Positions 28,852 to 38,139 are shown, counted from the stretch's first letter. The stretch: 64,000 nt of DNA from an uncultured Eubacteriales bacterium (GCA_963614875.1 CAVEFC010000002.1:4042-68041); one strand, 5' to 3'. Program-made: numbers and translations. Notes: a model not told the origin generated them from the sequence alone.

Positions 28852-28927
28852 TGGTGCTCCATCGGAGAGTCGAACTCCGGACACCATGATTAAAAGTCAT
28901 GTGCTCTACCATCTGAGCTAATGGGGC
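28852..28927 (-). tRNA. tRNA-Lys (anticodon UUU), CCA encoded
   Basis: Minus strand reads GCCCCATTAGCTCAGATGGTAGAGCACATGACTTTTAATCATGGTGTCCGGAGTTCGACTCTCCGATGGAGCACCA. It folds as a cloverleaf, has anticodon loop CT-TTT-AA, and a T-arm GGAGTTCGACTCTCC. Confidence 0.93.
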
Positions 28928-29105
28928 GATTTTTTTCACGCCTAAGTATATTATCATACAAAAGCCGATTTGTCAATATATTTTTTTCAAAATGTCGGCA
29001 AAGAGAAAAAACTTTGCCCGAAAATGTTTTCCGAAAGCGGTTGCCGCGCGTATATGCGACGGCTTAAGAGGAAAAATAAATAAAAAATCGCACGGAGAAA
29101 ATATT

Positions 29106-30065
29106 GTGAAAAAAATATTCAGGGCGGCGGTGACGTTTACCGTCGCGGTTTGTATGTTTACGGGGAATATCGGGGCAGAAAATAAAAATTATATAAAATG
29201 GGTGGATTTCAGAGTGACGGCGCAGGCGCTTTCCGATGCGGCGGCGCTTGATATCGGCGGCTGGGGAAAGGACGGTCACGTCGGATGGACGGAGGCTCTT
29301 GCGCATCTTGGCGCAAAATACGGCGGCGATTTTTCACGGTATAAAAAAAGCGATCTTTGCGAGGCGTTTGAAAAACTTTCGGAAAATCCTGCCGCTTTTG
29401 ACGATGAAAAATATTATTCTTATTACCGGCAGGCATACGGAGCGGTGCTTTCGGGGTGGCTCGGCGAATATTATGTCCGCGACGGGAGCGATAATCTCAT
29501 AAAAAAATACGGTGTAAAAGCTTTTTCTCCGATTGCGGGCGGATATTATTACGACGATTACGATGATTTCGGCGCGTCGCGCTCATACGGTTACAGACGC
29601 AGGCATCTGGGGCACGATATGCTCGGCAGCGTCGGCACGCCGATAACGGCAATCGAAGCGGGCTATGTGGAGGCGATAGGCTGGAATATGTACGGCGGAT
29701 GGCGGATAGGCATACGCTCCTTTGACGGACTGCGGTATTATTACTATGCTCATCTGCGGAAGGATCATCCGTATTGCAGTGACATAAAAGAGGGCGATAC
29801 CGTATATGCCGGACAGGTAATAGGCTATCTCGGTATGACGGGCTACAGCACGAAAAAGAACGTAAACAATATAAATGTTCCGCATCTGCATATCGGAATG
29901 CAGCTTATTTTCGATCCGTGTCAGAAGGACGGCGTAAATCAGATATGGATAGATATGTATGCGATAACGGAATTTCTTTCGGAATACAGAAGCTATGTCT
30001 GCAAGGGTGCGGACGGCGAATATAAAGCAAAAAATCCGACAGAGGATTTCTCTCTGCCGGATTGA
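29106..30065 (+). CDS. M23-family metallopeptidase (peptidoglycan endopeptidase-like), secreted
   Basis: HLGHDM...GTPITAIEAGYV...YYYAHL...AGQVIGYLGMTGYS...PHLHIGM (HxxxD and HxH motifs). The likely start is GTG at 29106, after GGAGA, which gives a signal peptide VKKIFRAAVTFTVAVCMF. The track ORF begins at 28992. Confidence 0.8.
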   Translation: MKKIFRAAVTFTVAVCMFTGNIGAENKNYIKWVDFRVTAQALSDAAALDIGGWGKDGHVGWTEALAHLGAKYGGDFSRYKKSDLCEAFEKLSENPAAFDDEKYYSYYRQAYGAVLSGWLGEYYVRDGSDNLIKKYGVKAFSPIAGGYYYDDYDDFGASRSYGYRRRHLGHDMLGSVGTPITAIEAGYVEAIGWNMYGGWRIGIRSFDGLRYYYYAHLRKDHPYCSDIKEGDTVYAGQVIGYLGMTGYSTKKNVNNINVPHLHIGMQLIFDPCQKDGVNQIWIDMYAITEFLSEYRSYVCKGADGEYKAKNPTEDFSLPD

Positions 30066-30080
30066 ATCCGTCTTTTGCGC

Positions 30081-30533
30081 TCAGGTATGGTCGGGAGTGA
30101 ATTCGTTTTTGTATTCTTTGTTTTTGTTTTCGCGTCTGAGCCTTGCGGAGCGGCATATGCAGTAAACCGTCATAACGACCGCGTACACAACCGTAAAGAA
30201 AAGCGCAAGCGCAAGCACCTGCTTTCCGCCGGAGGTTATTTTTGAAAGAAGACAAAGCACAACGATAAAATCCGTAAGGGAAAGCACATAATGCACGGTC
30301 ACGCGCGCAAAGAAATTTCCGAGCTGCTTAAAGCACAGGACAAAATCTATAAGCGACATTATAAACGAAAAAAGCAGGACATACGCAAAAAGCGAAATGT
30401 TGTAGGATATCGTCTGATCGGGAATGATCAGCTTTGCGACAAACGATACGAACAGGAAAAGAAACATAAAATAAGTTCCTGTTCTGCTTATTATTTTTGA
30501 AATTACGCCGAATATTTTATCTGTTTTGTTCAT
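30081..30533 (-). CDS. Hypothetical membrane protein (4 TM, 150 aa)
   Basis: Starts MNKTDKIFGVISKI..., preceded by GGAGGCATAT. Hydrophobic throughout. Confidence 0.55.
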   Translation of the reverse strand: MNKTDKIFGVISKIISRTGTYFMFLFLFVSFVAKLIIPDQTISYNISLFAYVLLFSFIMSLIDFVLCFKQLGNFFARVTVHYVLSLTDFIVVLCLLSKITSGGKQVLALALFFTVVYAVVMTVYCICRSARLRRENKNKEYKNEFTPDHT

Positions 30534-30606
30534 ATATGCCTCCGCTGTGGTAGTAAATATTATCTTACCACAAAACACGAAAGCAAATCAATATTATTTT
30601 GTGAAT

Positions 30607-32154
30607 TTATCGCATACGGCCGAGCTTCTTTATCCATGCGGCGTCTTCGCCGGAAAAGGTTGACGTTGCAAACAGAAAAAACATATAAAGCGCGACGGTG
30701 AGCGTCATACCGAGGGCGGAGCTTTTTCCGGAGGCTTTTGCAGAAAGCATAAGCAGCGTCGACACCGAGCACGCGCCCGCTATGCAGAAAACGGGCATAA
30801 ATATTCTTCTGAAAACGGGGAGCTTTGCGCCCGTTATGTAAAAAAGTCTGCCGGCGGAAAGGGCGACGTTCATGGTTTCGGTTATGTATATGCAGGCGAT
30901 ATATCCGGCTATGCCGTAGCGCGACAGAAGAATAAGTATCAAAAGTATGCTTACGGCGGCGTCGAGAATGTTCACGCGCATACAGTAAAGCTGCTGACCG
31001 AGACCTTTAAGCATTCCGTCAACGGTCATATCAAAATACATCAGCGGCACGAGCGGAGCAAGAAGTCCTATATATTTTGCGGCGTCGTCGCTTTTGTAAA
31101 CAAGCTGACCGAGCGGCTGTGAAAAGCAGACGAATATCCCCGCCACGCCTATTCCGAAGATGAGCGCCGCTCCGCACGCGCGACGCACCATATAGCATAT
31201 TTCGGTATCGTTTTTTATTTTTCCCGAGCGGGCGGAAAGCTCCGAAAGCTCCGGAATTATCAGTGAGGAAAACACGGCGCACAAAGCCGACGGAAAAAGC
31301 AGAACGGGCATAGCCATTCCGGAAACCGTTCCGTATGCCGAAAGCGAGGCGGCTCTGTCCGCGCCGTAGCTTTCAAGTCCTCTCGGAATGAGCATATGCT
31401 CCACGGCGACAAGTCCCGAGCGCAGACACGAGGAAAGCATTATCGGCAGGGCGATTGATATCATTTTTCGGGCGGTGTCGCGCGGAACACATTCGGGCGC
31501 GGACGGGCGGAGATGCTTTTTTCTGTCCGCAATATAAAAAGCAAGCAGATAGGTAAACGAAAGTCCCTCCGAAATGCTCGTTCCGAGAACAAGCGCAAGG
31601 CAGGCGTATTCCGTCCCGAGAGGGCAGAGCTTTTTCAGAAAAATCACCGTCACGGCTATTTTTACAAACTGCTCGAAAATTCCCGAAAGGGCGCTCTTTG
31701 CCGAGCGCCTCACGGCATAAAAATATCCCGAAAAAACGTTTGATACGGCTATGAACGGCAACGCCGCCGCGAGCGCGCGAAAGCACATGGCGACGTTTTC
31801 CTCGCCAACGGCTTTTCCGGCGAGCATTTTTGAAAAAGCAAAAAGAAGAATCGCCGCTCCTCCGCCGAAGCACAGCGCGTAAACCGCGCATTTTCTTACC
31901 GCGCAGATTATTCCGCTGTCACAGCCATTGGCAATGGATTCGGTAACAAGGCGCGTCACGGCAAGATTTATTCCCGAGCCCGCAAGCGTTACGGCGAAAA
32001 CGTAAACGCTCATTATCAGAGAGAACAATCCCATTCCGTCCGCCCCTATGCGTGAAGCAACGTAAGCGTTGAACACAACGCTTACCGTTCTCATAAATAC
32101 AGAAACCGCGCCTAAAAGCAGTGCGCTTTTTACGAATTTGCTTAATCTGGACAT
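30607..32154 (-). CDS. MOP-superfamily flippase (polysaccharide biosynthesis protein / SpoVB-MurJ-like)
   Basis: About 515 aa with about 14 TM segments. The N-terminus MSRLSKFVKSALLLGAVSVFMRTVSVVFNAYVASRIGADGMG is typical of Wzx/SpoVB-type flippases. The start (32154 or 32202) is uncertain. Confidence 0.7.
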   Translation of the reverse strand: MSRLSKFVKSALLLGAVSVFMRTVSVVFNAYVASRIGADGMGLFSLIMSVYVFAVTLAGSGINLAVTRLVTESIANGCDSGIICAVRKCAVYALCFGGGAAILLFAFSKMLAGKAVGEENVAMCFRALAAALPFIAVSNVFSGYFYAVRRSAKSALSGIFEQFVKIAVTVIFLKKLCPLGTEYACLALVLGTSISEGLSFTYLLAFYIADRKKHLRPSAPECVPRDTARKMISIALPIMLSSCLRSGLVAVEHMLIPRGLESYGADRAASLSAYGTVSGMAMPVLLFPSALCAVFSSLIIPELSELSARSGKIKNDTEICYMVRRACGAALIFGIGVAGIFVCFSQPLGQLVYKSDDAAKYIGLLAPLVPLMYFDMTVDGMLKGLGQQLYCMRVNILDAAVSILLILILLSRYGIAGYIACIYITETMNVALSAGRLFYITGAKLPVFRRIFMPVFCIAGACSVSTLLMLSAKASGKSSALGMTLTVALYMFFLFATSTFSGEDAAWIKKLGRMR

Positions 32155-32250
32155 AAAGTGTTGTTTTTCTCCCGAATCTTGTGTATAATAATCTGCGGAC
32201 AATATAATCTATTCGGTGAAGGAAGAAAAAATACTTACGGGAGGAAACGT

Positions 32251-33174
32251 ATGGACGGAAAAAGCAAAAAACTGCAGGGGCTTGCTCTTGACGCGGGCGC
32301 GCTTGTGATAAGCGGTCTTCTTTTTGCCGTGGCTTACAATATGTTCTTTTTGCCGGGAGAAATATTCGTGGGCGGCGCGGGAGGCGCGGCCGAAGTGCTG
32401 AACGTTTTGTTCGGACTTCCCACCGGTCTTATGATAATTGCGATAAACGTTCCGCTGGCGTTGCTTTTCTGCGTTTTTTACGGCTACGGCTCCGGAATAA
32501 AAAGCTTTATAGGCATAACGGTGACCTCGCTTGCCATAGATTTTGTAAAGTTTCTGCCGGCGGCTTTTCCGCAGCCGAAGGAAAACGCTTTCCTGTGCGC
32601 GATATTCGGCGGACTTACGCTCGGCGCGGCGATAGGAATAATGCTTTACAGAGGCTTTACGACCGGCGGCTCCGATTTTATTGCGCTGCTTATAAAGCTG
32701 AAGGCAAAAAACATATCAACGGCAAAGCTTATCGCCGCGGTTGACGCGGTTGTCATAATCGGCGCGGCGATAGCGATGAAAAATTTTCTTTCGGTGTTTT
32801 ATTCGCTTGTTTCGGTGCTTGCTTCGTCGCTTACGATGGAAATGGTCACCGGCGGATTTGAAAAATCCAAAATAGCGTTTATATTTTCGTCGGAATATGA
32901 CAGGATAGCCTCCGCCATATCGGAAAAAGCGGGCAGAGGCGTCACGCTTATCGACGGCGAGGGCTGGTACACCGGAGAAAAGAAAAAAATAGTATTCTGC
33001 GTGGTGAAGAAAAACGAAATATTTTTGCTTAAATCAATAGCGAAATCAATCGATCCGCGCGCGTTTATAGTTCTCGGCGACGCGACCGAAACGATAGGCG
33101 AGGGCTTCAAGGAGGACATAAGCGACAGCACCTTCAAGCCGAAAGAAATAAAAAAGAGAGGTAAAGAAAAATGA
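32251..33174 (+). CDS. YitT-family membrane protein (with C-terminal DUF2179)
   Basis: MDGKSKKLQGLALDAGALVISGLLFAVAYNMFFLPGEIFVGGAGG... plus the C-terminal soluble domain ...GVTLIDGEGWYTGEKKKIVFCVVKKNEIFLLKSIAKSIDPRAFIVL. Confidence 0.8.
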   Translation: MDGKSKKLQGLALDAGALVISGLLFAVAYNMFFLPGEIFVGGAGGAAEVLNVLFGLPTGLMIIAINVPLALLFCVFYGYGSGIKSFIGITVTSLAIDFVKFLPAAFPQPKENAFLCAIFGGLTLGAAIGIMLYRGFTTGGSDFIALLIKLKAKNISTAKLIAAVDAVVIIGAAIAMKNFLSVFYSLVSVLASSLTMEMVTGGFEKSKIAFIFSSEYDRIASAISEKAGRGVTLIDGEGWYTGEKKKIVFCVVKKNEIFLLKSIAKSIDPRAFIVLGDATETIGEGFKEDISDSTFKPKEIKKRGKEK

Positions 33175-33632
33175 AAAAAATCATTGCGGCAGTGCTTGTT
33201 GTTGCAAGCATATTTCTCGTTGCGTGCGGAGGAACTCCGTCCGCAAAGGGAATATTGAAAAAATCAGTATCCGGCACGACGGGAATGGACCTTTATTACG
33301 GCTCGACGGACGGAAAAAATATGGCGGGCTTCAAAATAAGCCGGATAGACGGCATAGCAAGCGGCGCGTTTGCCGCTCCGAAGATAAACGCCCTGCCGTT
33401 TATAGCTTACGTTTTCAAGCTTGACGGAAGCACGGATGTCGAAGAATTCAAAAGCACTCTCCGCGAAAACTGCGACCTTGTATGGAACATATGCACCTCA
33501 GCCGATACGGTGATATGCGAAAGCGAGGGCAACGTCGTGCTTTTCGCAATGCTTGATATGGACGAAATGACAGGGCTTCCCGTCGGCACGGACGAAAAAA
33601 TAATAAACAATTTCCATTCGGTATTCAAATAA
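33171..33632 (+). CDS. Putative lipoprotein (153 aa)
   Basis: Lipobox MKKIIAAVLVVASIFLVAC-GG. Its start overlaps the YitT stop codon (ATGA). Confidence 0.65.
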   Translation: MKKIIAAVLVVASIFLVACGGTPSAKGILKKSVSGTTGMDLYYGSTDGKNMAGFKISRIDGIASGAFAAPKINALPFIAYVFKLDGSTDVEEFKSTLRENCDLVWNICTSADTVICESEGNVVLFAMLDMDEMTGLPVGTDEKIINNFHSVFK

Positions 33633-33660
33633 AAAACAGGGCGCGAAGCCCTGTTTTTTA
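33631..33660. terminator. Bidirectional terminator
   Basis: AAAAAACAGGGC-GCGAA-GCCCTGTTTTTT. Confidence 0.85.
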
Positions 33661-34461
33661 TTTTGTGTTTTTCATCCAATGCTCCGCGCAGCGCACCCAA
33701 TCGCCGATGTATTCGTCTTCGGTGTCGAGAAATTCGCGGCAGAGCGTCATACCGTGCCAGCCGTCCGGATAAATGTGAAGCTCGTACGGAATGTTTTTCT
33801 TTGAGAGAGCCTCCGCAAAAAGAACGGAATTTATAACGGGAACGGACTTGTCGGCGCAGGTGTGCCAGATAAACGTCGGGACGGTTTTTTTCGTCACGGC
33901 GTATTCGAGCGATACCTCGCGGAGAAGCTTTTTGTCGGTTTTTCTGTCGCCGAGAAGCGTGTCAAACGAGCCTCTGTGCGCGTATTTTCCGCTTGTGATG
34001 ACCGGATAGCAGAGAATCATACCCGTGGGCTTGTTGTAGCCGTAGGGCATATCCACGGCGTCGTAGATAAAATCCTTATACCACATTGTTCCGAGCATCG
34101 CGGCAAGATGACCGCCCGCCGAAAAGCCTATGATAAATATTCTTTCGGGATCTATACGGAGCTTTTCCGCATTGTCGCGGAGAAATTTCACGGCGAGCGA
34201 AGCTTCGATAAGCTGCGTGGGATATACGGCTGCGCCGTTCACCGAATAATCGAAAACAAACGAATTATAGCCGTGAGCTATGAATTCGTGCGCGATGGGC
34301 TCTGCTTCTCTTGCCGAGCAGTACGCATATCCGCCGCCGGGGAAAATAAGCATTGCCGGACGTTTTTCGTTGTGCGGAATACGCTCGTACGTTCCCGCAA
34401 GATAAGCCGTCAGCGTGACGTCCTGATTTGTTTCGGAAAGACGAAATACCTGTGTTTCCAT
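33658..34461 (-). CDS. Alpha/beta-hydrolase (esterase/lipase-type), paralog 1
   Basis: PGGGY oxyanion region, nucleophile elbow GFSAGGH, and a C-terminal ...YPDGWHG catalytic His region. Confidence 0.8.
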   Translation of the reverse strand: METQVFRLSETNQDVTLTAYLAGTYERIPHNEKRPAMLIFPGGGYAYCSAREAEPIAHEFIAHGYNSFVFDYSVNGAAVYPTQLIEASLAVKFLRDNAEKLRIDPERIFIIGFSAGGHLAAMLGTMWYKDFIYDAVDMPYGYNKPTGMILCYPVITSGKYAHRGSFDTLLGDRKTDKKLLREVSLEYAVTKKTVPTFIWHTCADKSVPVINSVLFAEALSKKNIPYELHIYPDGWHGMTLCREFLDTEDEYIGDWVRCAEHWMKNTK

Positions 34462-34496
34462 AAATTTTTTCCTGCCTTTATATTTTAATGTAAATT

Positions 34497-35297
34497 TTAT
34501 TTGTCAAAGGATTGCATCCAGTGCTCCGCGCACCGTATCCAATCGTGATTGTATGCATTGTCCGAGCCGAAATTTTTCTGGCAAAGACCCATTCCGTGCG
34601 CGCCTTCGGGATAGATGTGAAGCTCATACGGAATGTTTTTCTTTGAAAGCGCGTCGGCGAGCAGAAGCGAATTCATAACGTTTACGCCGCTGTCGGTTCT
34701 TGTGTGCCAGACGAACGCCGGAACGGTCTTTTTTGTCACGTTGCGCTCTATCGAAACGCTTTTTCTTGCGGCGTTATCGGAGAGCCTGTCGTTGCCGAGA
34801 AGCTTGCGGAACGAATCCTCGTGGGCATATTTTCTGTCCGATGTGATAACCGGATAGCAGAGAATCATACCCGTGGGCTTGTTGCAGCCGTAGGGCATAT
34901 CCACGGCGTCGTAGATAAAATCCTTGTACCACATTGTTCCGAGCATCGCGGCAAGATGACCGCCGGCAGACGAACCGATGACAAAAATTCTGTCCTTGTC
35001 CGTGCCGTATTTTCCGGCATTGTCGCGTATGAATTTCATAGCAAGCGAAGCTTCGATAAGCTGAGCGGGGAAGCGTGCCGCGCCCATAACCGAATATTCA
35101 AGCACAAAGCAGTTGTAGCCGCGCGCGCAGAATTCGAGCGCATACGGCTCGCCCTCGCGAAAGGCGCAGAGTCTGTATCCGCCGCCGGGGCAGATAAGCA
35201 CGGCGGGACGCGAGGCGTTTTCCGTTTCGCCGGAGATGTACGCCGTCAGCGTCACCGCCGGATTTGTGTCCGAAAGACCGAATTTCTCAATTATCAT
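34497..35297 (-). CDS. Alpha/beta-hydrolase (esterase/lipase-type), paralog 2
   Basis: PGGGY, GSSAGGH, YPEGAHG. Collinear with paralog 1 along the whole length. Confidence 0.8.
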   Translation of the reverse strand: MIIEKFGLSDTNPAVTLTAYISGETENASRPAVLICPGGGYRLCAFREGEPYALEFCARGYNCFVLEYSVMGAARFPAQLIEASLAMKFIRDNAGKYGTDKDRIFVIGSSAGGHLAAMLGTMWYKDFIYDAVDMPYGCNKPTGMILCYPVITSDRKYAHEDSFRKLLGNDRLSDNAARKSVSIERNVTKKTVPAFVWHTRTDSGVNVMNSLLLADALSKKNIPYELHIYPEGAHGMGLCQKNFGSDNAYNHDWIRCAEHWMQSFDK

Positions 35298-35309
35298 ATG
35301 TAATCTCCT

Positions 35310-36011
35310 TTATATTTCCGCCGTGACCATTCCGCCGAAATCGACGGGAGGTCTGTCGGAAAGGTAATAGGGACTGCAGCCCTTGCTTTTTATAAAATCC
35401 TCGGCTTTTTCGCCGTCGGGCAAAAGCCTCAGATCTCCGAAGAATATCACGGCTCTGCCTATACATCCGCACGCGCCGCCTATAAAGCCCTCTTTATATC
35501 CCGGAAGTGTAATTCCGACGGAGGAAACAAGCGCGGCATCTATGCCTTCCTTTTCTGCGGCACGGAAAATTCCGCGGTCGGAGGTAAGTATTCCGTCGCC
35601 CGTGACGGCGCAGGAGCAGTGCGCGTAGCCCTGCTTTACGTCGAGCGTTTTATATCCGCGCTTTTTTGCAAAGTCAAGTATTTCGGGCGCGACGCTTTTT
35701 TCGCGGCAGACGAGCCTGTCCGCAACCGTAAAGCAGTTGAGCGCCGCGTCGAGCGGATATCTGTTTCCGGCGCGTTGCTTTATTACGGTGCAGGAAAGAC
35801 CGAGCGCGGCAAAAAGTTTGTCGCTTTCGAGATAATCGGCATAAACAAAGAATTCGCCGCCCACCGAGGCGATAAGAGTATCCGCGTGCGAAGCTATGGG
35901 CGCAGGCAGCGAAGGGAGTGGCGGAAGCGGCACGACTGTGCCGAAATCCGCAAGCTTTCTTGCCATGCTTTTTTCAAGCGCTGAGGATACCAATATAAAA
36001 TTCACGGACAA
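35310..36011 (-). CDS. Uncharacterised protein, possibly with a pentein (guanidino-group-modifying enzyme-like) fold
   Basis: 233 aa. SHADT near the N-terminus and GGACGC near the C-terminus resemble the H-x-D-T and GG-x-x-C motifs of amidinotransferase/deiminase-type enzymes. The resemblance is weak and motif-level only. Confidence 0.4.
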   Translation of the reverse strand: MSVNFILVSSALEKSMARKLADFGTVVPLPPLPSLPAPIASHADTLIASVGGEFFVYADYLESDKLFAALGLSCTVIKQRAGNRYPLDAALNCFTVADRLVCREKSVAPEILDFAKKRGYKTLDVKQGYAHCSCAVTGDGILTSDRGIFRAAEKEGIDAALVSSVGITLPGYKEGFIGGACGCIGRAVIFFGDLRLLPDGEKAEDFIKSKGCSPYYLSDRPPVDFGGMVTAEI

Positions 36012-36079
36012 ACTTCCCCCTTTTTACGCAAAATCCCCTTCCTTGCGGAAGGGGTCCTGTAAAGCTTTTATCCGAGGTG

Positions 36080-36265
36080 TTACGCTCTTTCTACCTTGCC
36101 GGAGCGAAGGCAACGAGAGCAAACGGTAACTGTCTTGTGAGTGCCGTTGATATTCGCGCTTACCTTTCTGAGATTGGGCTTCCAAGTTCTGCTTGTCTTG
36201 CGGTTGGAGTGGGAAACGTTGTTTCCGAAAACGAGCGCCTTACCGCAACATACACATTTTGCCAT
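36080..36265 (-). CDS. rpmB: 50S ribosomal protein L28 (Cys-containing zinc-ribbon form)
   Basis: MAKCVCCGKALVFGNNVSHSNRKTSRTWKPNLRKV...VCSRCLRSGKV. Confidence 0.95.
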   Translation of the reverse strand: MAKCVCCGKALVFGNNVSHSNRKTSRTWKPNLRKVSANINGTHKTVTVCSRCLRSGKVERA

Positions 36266-36437
36266 ATTTACACCTCCTGTTATAGTTTTTATATCTGTAA
36301 AGTAAGAGGCGCAAAGCGCATCCTACGGTTTAACAGAGATACAACGATGTTTATTATATCACGGGTTTTTTGAAAAATCAATAGTAAATTTTCTTTTTTT
36401 GAAAAAAGTTTTATCGGATTTTCATCGGATTGCCGCT

Positions 36438-37088
36438 TTATTTTGTCGGATACGCTTCAAGGCGGCATATCGGAGTGCCTTTTTCCGAAAAGGCTTTTTC
36501 GTATTCGGTTTCCGTGTCGCAGCCGTAATACTTACTTGCGTGCAGATCGCGCGTGACCTTTTCCGTGCGGTAGCCCGCCGCTTCGAATTCCGGCAGGGAA
36601 TATTCGAAAAGGTCGGCGTTGTCGGTTTTGAAGGCTATGCAGCCGCCCTCGGCAAGCAAAGGTCTGAAAAGCGAAAGAAACGTCCGGCAGGTCAGGCGTC
36701 GCTTGGCATTGCGCTTTTTCGGCCACGGATCGCAGAAGTTTATGTGAATTCTTTCAAAGCTACCCGCAGGGAAAATTTTATCGAGTCTTGACGCGTTCGT
36801 GTTGAGAAAAACGACGTTTTTATATTCTTCCTTCGGCGTTCTTTCCGCCGCCTGAACGATGACGTCGGTTATCAGCTCGACGGCAATATATGCGGTATCG
36901 GGGTGATTTTTCGCTTCTCCGCGGACAAAGCCCCCTTTTCCGCAGCCTATTTCAAGACGGAAATGCCGATAATCCGGAAAAAGCTCCGCCGCGATAAGCT
37001 TCGGAGGCTCGGAGGAAAATTCATCGGTTATTATATTGTCGCAGGCGAGCAGACGCTCGTCGCGATGCTTCAGCTTTCTTGCTCTCAT
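36438..37088 (-). CDS. trmB: tRNA (guanine46-N7)-methyltransferase
   Basis: LEIGCGKGGFV SAM-binding motif and INFCDPWPKKR motif. 216 aa. Confidence 0.9.
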   Translation of the reverse strand: MRARKLKHRDERLLACDNIITDEFSSEPPKLIAAELFPDYRHFRLEIGCGKGGFVRGEAKNHPDTAYIAVELITDVIVQAAERTPKEEYKNVVFLNTNASRLDKIFPAGSFERIHINFCDPWPKKRNAKRRLTCRTFLSLFRPLLAEGGCIAFKTDNADLFEYSLPEFEAAGYRTEKVTRDLHASKYYGCDTETEYEKAFSEKGTPICRLEAYPTK

Positions 37089-37234
37089 AAAAAATCCTTA
37101 AAAACAAAATTACCTTTATATTTTAACCTTATGCGACGATAATTGCAACAACAAAATGAAAAATAATGTATAATCGCGGCGGAAAACGGAGAGAATACGG
37201 AATGTCAGATAAAAAAACAAGGAGTTGATCATTT

Positions 37235-37459
37235 ATGATAATCGACAGAATCGCGCTTATAATCTCAATAATCGGCGCGCTCAACTGGGGAAGCATAGGT
37301 CTTTTCAGGTTTGATATAGTCGCGTGGATATTCGGCGGTCAGGACGCTTCGGTATCACGCGTTATCTACACGCTCGTGGCGCTTTCGGGAATATGGTGCA
37401 TATCGCTTCTTTTCCGTCCGAGAGAAGAAACGGATATTGTCCGCGAGGAAAGAAGATAA
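37235..37459 (+). CDS. DUF378-family small membrane protein
   Basis: IDRIALIISIIGALNWGSIGLFRFDIVAWIFGG is the characteristic DUF378 motif. Confidence 0.8.
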   Translation: MIIDRIALIISIIGALNWGSIGLFRFDIVAWIFGGQDASVSRVIYTLVALSGIWCISLLFRPREETDIVREERR

Positions 37460-37599
37460 GTCTTTTGCTTTCCGCGCTTTATATGCCTTCGCCTTTTGCG
37501 GAGGCATATTTTGTTTGAAAAAAGAATAGAATTGGGTAAAAGAAAAAGCAAAACGGGAAGCCTTTTTCCGTTTTCCATATTGTTTTTCGGAGGAGCGTT

Positions 37600-38121
37600 A
37601 TGAAAACTGCCTCAAAAGAAATAAGCCGCAACATAAAAAAAGAGCTTGCCTGCGTAAATATGACGGCGACGATAATCGCTATGGCGGTTTCGGTCGCGGC
37701 GGGGGTGCTTTTTGCCACCGGCGGAGTTGACGGCGAAGCATGGGAGGAAATATGTACTCCGGCGTGGGCGCTGCATCCCGTTTTTCTTGTTATATTTTTC
37801 GCTCTGGCGCTGTGCCTGCTTGCGATATCGCTTTCGGTTGCGTTTTTTTCGCCCCTCCGCCTGTGCGGAAAGCCGATGCGGACGGCATATACGCTTTATG
37901 CTTGCGTCTATGCGCTGACTTACATATGGATTCCGCTTACATACAAAGCGACGGCGTTTTTTGCTTCCGCGCTGACGTGCGCCGTATGTCTTGTGCTTTT
38001 GTCGGTGCTTTATCCGATCGTGCGGCGCGTGGGAAGGTTTGCGTCCGTGTGTCTTTTGCTGTTTTCGGCGTGGCAGGGATATCTGCTGTGCTTTTCCTTT
38101 GCTCTTTTTGCGGTTAATTGA
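37600..38121 (+). CDS. Hypothetical membrane protein (5 TM, 173 aa)
   Basis: Hydrophobic ORF with a GGAGGAG RBS. No confident family. TspO-like topology only. Confidence 0.5.
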   Translation: MKTASKEISRNIKKELACVNMTATIIAMAVSVAAGVLFATGGVDGEAWEEICTPAWALHPVFLVIFFALALCLLAISLSVAFFSPLRLCGKPMRTAYTLYACVYALTYIWIPLTYKATAFFASALTCAVCLVLLSVLYPIVRRVGRFASVCLLLFSAWQGYLLCFSFALFAVN

Positions 38122-38139
38122 ATTTTATTATCTAAAATA

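Noticed and set aside
28109-28927. Integrated prophage or ICE at tRNA-Lys
   Set aside because: There is no integrase, recombinase or structural gene. I saw no direct repeat of the tRNA 3' end near 28080-28120. At most this is a relic, so I reported it only as a small regulatory module.
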